Shown: one piece after another, positions 9,076-16,309 of the stretch
How the letters are laid out: each line of letters begins with the position of its first letter
Position numbering within the stretch: position 1 is the first letter of the stretch
Source: a virus
Taxonomy: Duplodnaviria > Caudoviricetes
Virus record (IMG/VR): IMGVR_UViG_3300032305_001201
Location: 1 to 26,592 of that record
Strand: one strand, 5' to 3'
Length of the DNA stretch: 26,592 nucleotides
Translations under genes and position numbers: made by a program
The notes under the pieces: model-generated
What the model saw: only the letters and a program-made list of their open reading frames with translations
Told to the model about the DNA's origin: nothing
Databases searched by the model: none

Positions 9076-9807
9076 TCAAGACGGGTTCTGTACGGGGTTC
9101 AGGATGACAAAGCCCGGTCCCCAGTTGGACGGGCTGCGCCAGCGATTTGGCTGCAACTGGCCGAAATGGCTCTGGACCATTCCGTCCTTCTGCTTGGCTG
9201 CTCCGAAGATCGGGCCAGCCTCGATTTCTGCAAGACGCTGCGGAAGACCATCGTCCTCGTACGCCTCCGCGACCGCCCGCGTGTAGGCGATCATGGTCGA
9301 TTCCACATGCTTCGGAACCGGAATGATCGTCGTGGTCGAGGTGCTGCTTGTGACCGATGACCATCCCGTCCGATACAGGATCTTCAGCGTATCAACGCCA
9401 GTCGGCGTGGGGTAAATCTGAAGTTGATATGCCTGCGCGACCGAACTGCCAGCCGTGTCACCACTGGGAACCACCGTCTTGACGTACACGCGGTAGGTCA
9501 GATCGGGGAATGAGGTAATGCGGGCAGTCTCCACCTCGTCCGGAGTGCTGATCCAGATCGGCTGGTTGGACTTCCAGACAGAGGTCAGTTCCGCAAAGTC
9601 AGCCGGAAGAGCCAGATACTGCTGCGCTGCAACCGTGCTGATGTTGGCGGTCGCCTCCCGGAACTTCCACGGGTGGGTGAACAGGTGTTCGCCAGCAATA
9701 TTCACGATCTCCGCCTGCCGTTCAGCGACAGTCTGCCCGGAAGCCGTGGAGGGACGGCCACCGAGAGCAAGGAGAATGTGGTTCTTCAGATCGCCGTAGG
9801 TAAGCAT
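9076..9807 (-). CDS. Head-tail adaptor protein (P22 gp4 / tail tubular A-like)
   Basis: LTYGDLKNHI...IVNIAGEHL...HPWKF...YLALPADF...LQIYPTP pattern; located after the capsid/decoration genes. Confidence 0.7.
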   Translation of the reverse strand: MLTYGDLKNHILLALGGRPSTASGQTVAERQAEIVNIAGEHLFTHPWKFREATANISTVAAQQYLALPADFAELTSVWKSNQPIWISTPDEVETARITSFPDLTYRVYVKTVVPSGDTAGSSVAQAYQLQIYPTPTGVDTLKILYRTGWSSVTSSTSTTTIIPVPKHVESTMIAYTRAVAEAYEDDGLPQRLAEIEAGPIFGAAKQKDGMVQSHFGQLQPNRWRSPSNWGPGFVILNPVQNPS

Positions 9808-9813
9808 TGAAAT

Positions 9814-9841
9814 CCACTGGGCGGGTTTCCCCGCCCAGTGG
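9814..9841 (-). terminator. Perfect 12-bp hairpin, probable leaky terminator/stabiliser after the capsid genes
   Basis: Minus strand CCACTGGGCGGG-GAAA-CCCGCCCAGTGG followed by only ATTTC. Confidence 0.65.
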
Positions 9842-9858
9842 TGAGTTAGTGCATCGAA

Positions 9859-10353
9859 TCAGGTTCCGAATGCAATTACGCCGTCCAGCAGGATGCGAGG
9901 AGCAGTGGATGCTCCAGCAGTACCAACGAAGATGCCAATCTTCGTGGTAACCGTTGCATTGCTGACGTTTCCAGCGGTAATCGCACTGCCAGTCAGACCA
10001 ACTGCTTCACCAACTGCATAAGTGAGAGACGCACTGGTTGCCTGCGTGATTCCGGCAAACATCACCTTTCCATTTGCACCAGCAGCAATCGCTTCCTGCG
10101 CGACCCCATAGATACCTCCGCTAGAAGCGGCGGTAGTAGTGGGAGCGAGAGTGACGTTTGCCCACTTGGAGTTGGATGCAGAACCGAGTGCCGAAGAACC
10201 AGTACCGGGTTCTTCGCTCGTCTGTGCAAAGTCGAGACGAACGAGCGCCCACTGGGCAATAGCAGAAGAATCCTTGTTACGGCACGACAGAATGAGAGGA
10301 TTCGGCTGAATGCCGAGCGTTCCGTGATTAGATGCTTCAAGAAGAACTGACAT
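9859..10353 (-). CDS. Capsid decoration/cement-like protein (DUF2190-like), paralogue 1
   Basis: Immediately after the major capsid gene; GIYGVAQEAIAAGANGKVMFAGI motif; AAAGGA RBS. Confidence 0.7.
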   Translation of the reverse strand: MSVLLEASNHGTLGIQPNPLILSCRNKDSSAIAQWALVRLDFAQTSEEPGTGSSALGSASNSKWANVTLAPTTTAASSGGIYGVAQEAIAAGANGKVMFAGITQATSASLTYAVGEAVGLTGSAITAGNVSNATVTTKIGIFVGTAGASTAPRILLDGVIAFGT

Positions 10354-10380
10354 GTTGTGTCCTTTCGTAAATTGTGAGAA

Positions 10381-11655
10381 TCAGGCCGAGCGAAGTGGGG
10401 CAATGATGCCGTGACGCTGGCGGCTGTTGCAGAACAGGTTCCACCAGCAGTCCACGGGCTGAACCCAAGTGAACGGCTGATTCGGATGACGCATGACATC
10501 GTGCTTCTTCATGTAGCGGGTGCTATGGAAGATGGGCGTGAGGTACTGGCCGTTGACGAACCAGTAACGCGCACCCTTGTCAACGGTGAGCGAACCGTTT
10601 TCCGTGCTGGTTCCGGTCACAGTCTGACCGTTACGGTCAGAAAGTTGCGTATCAGACACCGCGCTAGCAGCAGACGGGAAGATGGCAGCGTCATCAAGGT
10701 TGGCGCAGTATTCAAGCGGGATACCGCTGAAGGTCGGAGTCATGTACGCCGAGTCTTCCGCGCTGACCAGCAACTGGTTAGCAGCACGAAGAGCGCGCTT
10801 GTACTGGTTCAGACCTTCACGGCTGCACAGGATCATCTGACGCTGGAAGTTGGTGTCATCAAAGTACTGCTTCTGCGTCAGCGGAGCCTTAAACTGCACC
10901 TTGAGGTACATGTCATCGAATGCGCCGAACAGACCGAACACCGTACGGGTGGTCGATGCATTTGCATTCTGACCCGTATACGCCGCAGCGGCCTTGAGGA
11001 CAGAAGCGGCATTTGCACCAGCCGTCAGATTGCGGTCATAGAACGAAATCTGGTTCGACCAACGGGCATCCACAGTCGGGTCAATGCCAAGGACGTTCGC
11101 ACTCCAGTTGCCCGGGCGACCACCGCGCTCGCCAAAGGTCAGAACGCTGTTGACATTCTCCGTGATGAATGCCGGAAGCGAGTACGGCTCCTTGCCGCCC
11201 GTTTCCATGTTGGCAGCGTTGTTGTAGGGGGTAGCCCACAGGTCATTTTCCATGCCGTTGAGCATGGAAGTCCACATGCGCATCTCCTTGATGCGCTTCA
11301 GACGCTTGTACATGACCTTGGCATCGCCCTCGTTGAGTTCGATTTCCTGATCGGTCCAAGTCATGTAGTCCATGCTGAAACGCCACGAGGCGGACAGCGT
11401 GTCGGTGACCTGCGGATTGCTCCAAGTGAAGGTGTCGTTCGGCTGATACTTCTGGTAGGTCGAGGCATCGTCGAACACGATGGTGTCCTTGATGCTGCTA
11501 CCAGCCTGAATCAGCGTTTCGGTGGCCTTCTCCTTGAGGAGACGGGAAAGGACGTAGTTGTTCTTGACGGCTTCGTTGATGACTGCATCGGCGGACTTCA
11601 GGTATGCAGGACCAGTGGTCTGCATGAAGTCATTGAACTGGGTGATTGAAGGCAT
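10381..11655 (-). CDS. Major capsid protein
   Basis: 424 aa after portal and scaffold; strong AAGGAGGG RBS; TFSGIPLEY and YWFVNGQYL...WNLFCNSRQRHGII C-terminal pattern seen in HK97-fold coats. Confidence 0.85.
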   Translation of the reverse strand: MPSITQFNDFMQTTGPAYLKSADAVINEAVKNNYVLSRLLKEKATETLIQAGSSIKDTIVFDDASTYQKYQPNDTFTWSNPQVTDTLSASWRFSMDYMTWTDQEIELNEGDAKVMYKRLKRIKEMRMWTSMLNGMENDLWATPYNNAANMETGGKEPYSLPAFITENVNSVLTFGERGGRPGNWSANVLGIDPTVDARWSNQISFYDRNLTAGANAASVLKAAAAYTGQNANASTTRTVFGLFGAFDDMYLKVQFKAPLTQKQYFDDTNFQRQMILCSREGLNQYKRALRAANQLLVSAEDSAYMTPTFSGIPLEYCANLDDAAIFPSAASAVSDTQLSDRNGQTVTGTSTENGSLTVDKGARYWFVNGQYLTPIFHSTRYMKKHDVMRHPNQPFTWVQPVDCWWNLFCNSRQRHGIIAPLRSA

Positions 11656-11666
11656 TGTTGCCCTCC

Positions 11667-12563
11667 TTATCTACGGGTTGCTGGGCGCAGGCTGCTGCCT
11701 TTGCCCGAAAGGATCTGATCAAGGATCTCGTCATCCGAATCACGAGGCACAGGCTTCACCGGAGGAGTCGAACCCTTCGGGGGGGTCGGCTGGCTAGACC
11801 TGATGTTCGCGGGTGCGGATGGCTTCGATCCAACGAGTGCCTCGTAGGCAGCAGCGGCGAGTGCATCGACGCTTGCAAACCCACCCGGCATTGCAGAACC
11901 GAGTTCCGACATCTTCGCAAGAACCGTGTCGTAGGACGGCGACTTTGCGCCATACTGGAAACGGAGTGCGACATCGGAAGCACGGGCCTGCGCAAGCAGC
12001 ATTTGTTCCTGCATCTGCTGCTGCTGGGTCATAAAGGCTTGGCGCACGGGCGAGACAAGGTCTTCGCCGTACATCTGCGCCATCTGCGCGAACGGATCGT
12101 TCACCGCGACAGGAGCGGCAGGAGTGTTGTCCTGCGCTGCCACTGGTTCGGCTGGCTTTCCGCTTGCCAGTTTCGCCTCCATTTCCTTCATTCGACCGCC
12201 GTACGAGTCAACGTCCTTCTGTCGCTTCGCCGCAGACTCCGCCCACTTGGTGAGCGTTTCAGGGCTGGCCGAGGAAATGACTTCATCGGGTACGCCGTCC
12301 CTCTTCAGGATCTTGGCGACCGCTTCACGGTCAAAGGCGGGAGTCGGTGCTTCCGATGGCGTTGCGGCGGAAGACGAATCTTCCGGGGCAGGTTCATCGG
12401 TGGACTCCAACTCGTCGAGCAGCCTTGCCAGAACCTCGTCATCATCGTCAATCGGTTGGTCCTTGGTGGACTCGTTGACGGGCGCGGTGTCCTGCACAAC
12501 CTGCTCCTCCGACCCGCTGGTCGGAGTGTCGGTCTGCTCGATGGGTTCAGCGTTGCTGTCCAT
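11667..12563 (-). CDS. Capsid scaffolding protein
   Basis: Acidic, Pro-rich disordered N-terminus, coiled-coil middle, directly upstream of the capsid gene; GAGGA RBS. Confidence 0.7.
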   Translation of the reverse strand: MDSNAEPIEQTDTPTSGSEEQVVQDTAPVNESTKDQPIDDDDEVLARLLDELESTDEPAPEDSSSAATPSEAPTPAFDREAVAKILKRDGVPDEVISSASPETLTKWAESAAKRQKDVDSYGGRMKEMEAKLASGKPAEPVAAQDNTPAAPVAVNDPFAQMAQMYGEDLVSPVRQAFMTQQQQMQEQMLLAQARASDVALRFQYGAKSPSYDTVLAKMSELGSAMPGGFASVDALAAAAYEALVGSKPSAPANIRSSQPTPPKGSTPPVKPVPRDSDDEILDQILSGKGSSLRPATRR

Positions 12564-12564
12564 G

Positions 12565-12867
12565 TCAGTCCTCTGCTCTGATGTAGCCGTGTTCGGACGC
12601 TACGTTGCGTTCGTGCCTACGGCTCATAATGATCGGTCTTCCCTTGCTGTCTGCTGGCACACCGGGCATGTTGCGCGGAAGCGTCTGGCTGACATAGGGA
12701 TAAGTACTGGTGGTGAAGTTCGGGCTGACCTGCGTACCACTGGGGACGCGGACCACATCACCGAACACCGGATGGTTGTAAGTCGTGCCAATTGCAGGGG
12801 CATCCTTCATCGCGAACGCGACTTCGATGATCGTCCCTGATTCAGTCTGAAACTCATACGCTGGCAT
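12565..12867 (-). CDS. Hypothetical protein, FmdB-like N-terminus without Cys
   Basis: MPAYEFQTESGTIIE resembles the FmdB MPxYEYxCxxCG start; lies between portal and scaffold. Confidence 0.55.
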   Translation of the reverse strand: MPAYEFQTESGTIIEVAFAMKDAPAIGTTYNHPVFGDVVRVPSGTQVSPNFTTSTYPYVSQTLPRNMPGVPADSKGRPIIMSRRHERNVASEHGYIRAED

Positions 12868-14631
12868 TTACATTCTTCCTCGTGCGGCACTAATCGCAGC
12901 CTGCGCTTCCGGCGGGACGGCAGGTGCTTCACCCGTAGGAGACGGTGCTGGGCCTCCAGACGGAACACCCCCCCCTTGCTGGGGAGCCGCCTGCGCCTGT
13001 CGCATCTGCTGCAAGGCAGACTCGTCGATGAAATCCTGCATCTGCGGGACGTTCTGGGCATCACCAAGGAACCCGAGCAGGTCACGCCACTTGACCCACG
13101 GCATTGCGGGCATTGCCTGCGCGGCCTGCGTCACCACTTGGAACGTCTCGACAGCCCGCTTCTGGGCCATCATCTCGCTCGTCCGCTCCATGCTGTAGGC
13201 ATCGACATCGATTTCAAGGTCTTCCCACGAGCCAACCTTGATCCCACCCACGAACACCGGGTCGATCATGCCCATCGCCTGCGTGTCATCGCTGCCCACG
13301 GGGATGTTGATGCGGTTGTCGTGGAACATGTACCAGCCCACGTTCCGCAGCATGAGGTCCATCGAATCCTGAAACGCCCGCTTCAGGTGGGCAATACGCA
13401 TGGTGCTAGCAGATTCAGCCACCGCAACTTCGGTAGCCGAAGCAGAACCTGCGACATTGCCGCGCATCGCGTCAGACATACCCAAAGCCCTGTCAAGACG
13501 CTCTTTAGCAACTTCCACGCTCTGGATGTGCTGGTTCGTCGAACCACCAATCTCGACAGGCTGGAGGCTACGAGCGTCAAGTCCTGCTTCCGCAAAGACA
13601 TAGAGGTCCGGAGCGTTGACCACATCCTGCAAGAACTTGGGGTTCTTGGCATCGCCAACCAGCATGCGCTTATACCGCCGCTGGTTCTCCTGCTGGCTGG
13701 TCGCCATATCGTTGGCGTACTGGATCTGGTTGCGGCAGGCCACGATGGGCGACAGCGGATAGGGGTCGTTGGGGACCACGAACGCCCCGAACATGGTGTA
13801 CGGGCCAGTCGCAGGGCCGTAGTAGGGCAGCGGCTTGCGGATGAACTCGCACTGGCAGTTGTCGGAACTGCCCTGATACTTGGCAATCGTGTAGATCGTG
13901 CCGTTGTACAAGGACTCGTCCGCCAGTTCATCGATCAGTTCCGCCGCCATCTCGTCCAGTTCCGGAACCCAAATCTCGTAGATCGCCATTTCAAACCGCT
14001 CTGGAATGTCGCGGTTGTCCCGGAGTTCGTCCACACCGTTGTTGGTGGCAAGACCCTCGATCACCTCGCGGTTCCAAGTCTCGTCCTGTTCGGCACGGCG
14101 GAGCAGGTCTTCCTTGTCGGCAACGTAGACATGCCCACGAAACCGTGCTTCCTCCCAGTGCATCGCTGCCGGGTCCATGATGAACCGCTTGGGATCGATG
14201 CGGTAGATGCGCGGCAGGTAGGGGCCATTGGCATCCCACTGGCGTTCCGCGCCCTTCGGCTCGTTGACCGTCAGCCCGATGCCCCAACCAAGGAGCATGT
14301 CGGTGGCGATCCGTTCGATAGTCCCCCGGAGCCGCGTCATCTTGCACCATCGGTTCAGAGCAGACCGCATCGCAACGCAGGCCGTCTTCTGGACCATCGG
14401 CCTCGCGCTCGTCACGCGGACCTTCGGATTGTCATGCACGATTCGCGGCAGCACCATCGAGACGTACGCATGGACTGCGTTCTCCGGATGGTTCACACCG
14501 TACCCCTCACGGTAGCCCTGACCGCAGAACCATTCACGGCACTCGTTGGGAGTGAACATGTGCTGGTCGCGGAACCACTCTGCCCGGTCAATCTCGTCGC
14601 GGATCCGGGAGATGTTTGAGAAATCAAGCAT
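12868..14631 (-). CDS. Portal protein (P22-like)
   Basis: 587 aa; PRIVHDNPKVRV, IDPKRFIMDP, IYEIW, G..DAMRG...SATE motifs; Q/A/P-rich tail; synteny terL-portal-scaffold-capsid. Confidence 0.88.
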   Translation of the reverse strand: MLDFSNISRIRDEIDRAEWFRDQHMFTPNECREWFCGQGYREGYGVNHPENAVHAYVSMVLPRIVHDNPKVRVTSARPMVQKTACVAMRSALNRWCKMTRLRGTIERIATDMLLGWGIGLTVNEPKGAERQWDANGPYLPRIYRIDPKRFIMDPAAMHWEEARFRGHVYVADKEDLLRRAEQDETWNREVIEGLATNNGVDELRDNRDIPERFEMAIYEIWVPELDEMAAELIDELADESLYNGTIYTIAKYQGSSDNCQCEFIRKPLPYYGPATGPYTMFGAFVVPNDPYPLSPIVACRNQIQYANDMATSQQENQRRYKRMLVGDAKNPKFLQDVVNAPDLYVFAEAGLDARSLQPVEIGGSTNQHIQSVEVAKERLDRALGMSDAMRGNVAGSASATEVAVAESASTMRIAHLKRAFQDSMDLMLRNVGWYMFHDNRINIPVGSDDTQAMGMIDPVFVGGIKVGSWEDLEIDVDAYSMERTSEMMAQKRAVETFQVVTQAAQAMPAMPWVKWRDLLGFLGDAQNVPQMQDFIDESALQQMRQAQAAPQQGGGVPSGGPAPSPTGEAPAVPPEAQAAISAARGRM

Positions 14632-14923
14632 TGTTCTTCATCCGTGCCTTTGGCTTCGCGAGGTCGAATCCGACCAACTGGGCCTTCATCGACATTACCT
14701 GCGTCTCAAGAAAGTTGATCCGCTGGAGGAGTGCGGTAGGGATCACAGGTTCAGCAGGAACATCGACAGGCTTGCCCAACTGCTTGAGAACCTTCTCCGA
14801 TTCAATGGGGTCAAGGTCGATCTTGACACCATTGCACAGATCGACACGCAAGCGTCCGCCGACCTCCACGATGGCATCGATGCTGTCGTGGGGATACCAA
14901 CTGCCACGGACGCGAATGAACAT
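14624..14923 (-). CDS. Hypothetical protein
   Basis: 99 aa ORF coupled by TGATG to the upstream gene and overlapping the portal start. Confidence 0.6.
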   Translation of the reverse strand: MFIRVRGSWYPHDSIDAIVEVGGRLRVDLCNGVKIDLDPIESEKVLKQLGKPVDVPAEPVIPTALLQRINFLETQVMSMKAQLVGFDLAKPKARMKNNA

Positions 14924-15033
14924 CAGTATCCCTTCGCCTTGGACATCTTCTTCCCGGTCTTCTTCGCGTAGGTCTTGGCCGCAGCCTTGCCCTTGGCGGT
15001 GTACGGGAACTCCTTCTTTCCTACCTTGGGCAT
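14923..15033 (-). CDS. Tiny Lys-rich protein (36 aa)
   Basis: Translated by hand: MPKVGKKEFPYTAKGKAAAKTYAKKTGKKMSKAKGY; stop/start overlaps at both ends. Confidence 0.7.
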   Translation of the reverse strand: MPKVGKKEFPYTAKGKAAAKTYAKKTGKKMSKAKGY

Positions 15034-15146
15034 TAGGAACGACCGCCCTTCATCCGCGCACGCATCTTCATCTTCTTGGACTCGTTCGACTCGTGCTTCT
15101 TCTTCGCCATAGGAGACTTGTAGGACTCCTTCATCATCTTCTTCAT
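15033..15146 (-). CDS. Tiny Lys/Met-rich protein (37 aa)
   Basis: MKKMMKESYKSPMAKKKHESNESKKMKMRARMKGGRS; ATG 2 nt after the upstream stop; TAATG overlap downstream. Confidence 0.6.
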   Translation of the reverse strand: MKKMMKESYKSPMAKKKHESNESKKMKMRARMKGGRS

Positions 15147-15148
15147 GG

Positions 15149-15274
15149 TCACTTCTTCCAGCCGCGCTTCATGGCGGCATATGACTTCGCGCTGACGGTT
15201 GACTTGGACTTGGGGCGCGAGATCCCGAGTTTGCGACGCTTGTTGATGTTGCCGACGAGCGAGTTCTTTGCCAT
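15149..15274 (-). CDS. Tiny basic protein (41 aa)
   Basis: Translated by hand: MAKNSLVGNINKRRKLGISRPKSKSTVSAKSYAAMKRGWKK; GGAG RBS; fills the gap between neighbours. Confidence 0.7.
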   Translation of the reverse strand: MAKNSLVGNINKRRKLGISRPKSKSTVSAKSYAAMKRGWKK

Positions 15275-15276
15275 GT

Positions 15277-15789
15277 TCACTCCATGAGAGACTTTGCAAA
15301 CGCCATCTGCTCATCGCTCGATTTCGGGAAACTTGTGTCGCCGCCGATGTAACGAGATAGCGCAGTTGCGCGAAGATCAAGTTCATCGGTTGAGTATCCC
15401 TTGCCTTTACCGGATGGCGAAGGAAGTTCCATTAGGAACTTACGCTGATCCTTCGTCAGATCAGGGAGGTCTGCCGCCTTGTAGTTTTTCGACCGAATAT
15501 ACAAACGTGCGCCCTCAATGTTGATAAGCCCACGCCGTTTGTTTGGATCCCGCATATGGTCGTTGTACGGATTGACAACAATCGAATTGTCTTCAGCAGC
15601 GTATCCGGCTACGTCCGGTCTGCCCTTGAAGAATTGACGCTCTTCATCGGTTTCCTTGCGAACTTTGAATCCAAACGATTGCTCGACAGATGAATCGCGA
15701 GGCGGCTCTGTCATGCCATTCGCAATTCCCATCCATTGTTTTCCAGATTCATGGCGGAGTGCTGCGGTGATTCCCTTGATCGCGTCCAT
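15277..15789 (-). CDS. Hypothetical protein (170 aa)
   Basis: ATG 15789 lies 2 nt after the upstream stop; PDVAGYAAEDNSIVVNPY motif. Confidence 0.6.
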   Translation of the reverse strand: MDAIKGITAALRHESGKQWMGIANGMTEPPRDSSVEQSFGFKVRKETDEERQFFKGRPDVAGYAAEDNSIVVNPYNDHMRDPNKRRGLINIEGARLYIRSKNYKAADLPDLTKDQRKFLMELPSPSGKGKGYSTDELDLRATALSRYIGGDTSFPKSSDEQMAFAKSLME

Positions 15790-15791
15790 TG

Positions 15792-16025
15792 TCAGCACCC
15801 CCACCTTGCACGAGCGGCCTTGCCACGGTCACCCTTCCAAGAACTGCTCCGTGCGCAGAACGACTTGTGGCGCGGGTTGTTCTTGTCCTTCGTCGGAGCC
15901 TGAAGGTTGCTGCCTGTAGATCGGTTGTACTTCGCCCGTCCCTTGGCAGTTAGTCCCGCGCCCTTCGACACAGGGAGTTTCTCGCCACGACCGACAGAGA
16001 GATTGGGTCCACGCTTTCGTGCCAT
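15792..16025 (-). CDS. Small basic phage protein (DUF6321-like)
   Basis: GAGLTAKGRAKYNRSTGSNLQAP...RHKSFCARS...ARARWGC pattern; TAATG overlap at 16025. Confidence 0.7.
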   Translation of the reverse strand: MARKRGPNLSVGRGEKLPVSKGAGLTAKGRAKYNRSTGSNLQAPTKDKNNPRHKSFCARSSSWKGDRGKAARARWGC

Positions 16026-16309
16026 TAGGTTTCTCCGCATTCAGGCAGGAACATCCAGACAGGGGTCAGGTCGCCAAGGTGCGCCCCGACGATGTTATGT
16101 TCAAGATGCTCAACTGCCTCGTCGTAGGTCATTCCCTGATCATTTTCCAGAATGTTGAGGACGCGATTGATGTCATATACGACCCGGTACTCGCCGCTCT
16201 TCATGTCCCTCGTCAGGCCGACCACGGCATCGTCCAGCCCATCAGCGAACAGGGCGCGTTCACCGTTCTCGTCGATCCAGTCCTTGACCCGCTTGACGTT
16301 GGCAATCAT
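16025..16309 (-). CDS. Conserved hypothetical phage protein
   Basis: ADGLDDAVVG...VVYD...GMTYDEAVEHLEHNIVGAHLGDLTP; ATGA overlap with the terL stop, so start set to 16309. Confidence 0.7.
   Translation of the reverse strand: MIANVKRVKDWIDENGERALFADGLDDAVVGLTRDMKSGEYRVVYDINRVLNILENDQGMTYDEAVEHLEHNIVGAHLGDLTPVWMFLPECGET

Noticed and set aside
10411-14619. Long + strand ORFs (412, 311 and 547 aa)
   Set aside because: Antisense shadows of capsid, scaffold and portal caused by GC-rich codon bias; no recognisable motifs.
15033-15386. 117 aa ORF from the track
   Set aside because: It overlaps two better-supported genes; only its last 37 codons look like a real coupled gene.
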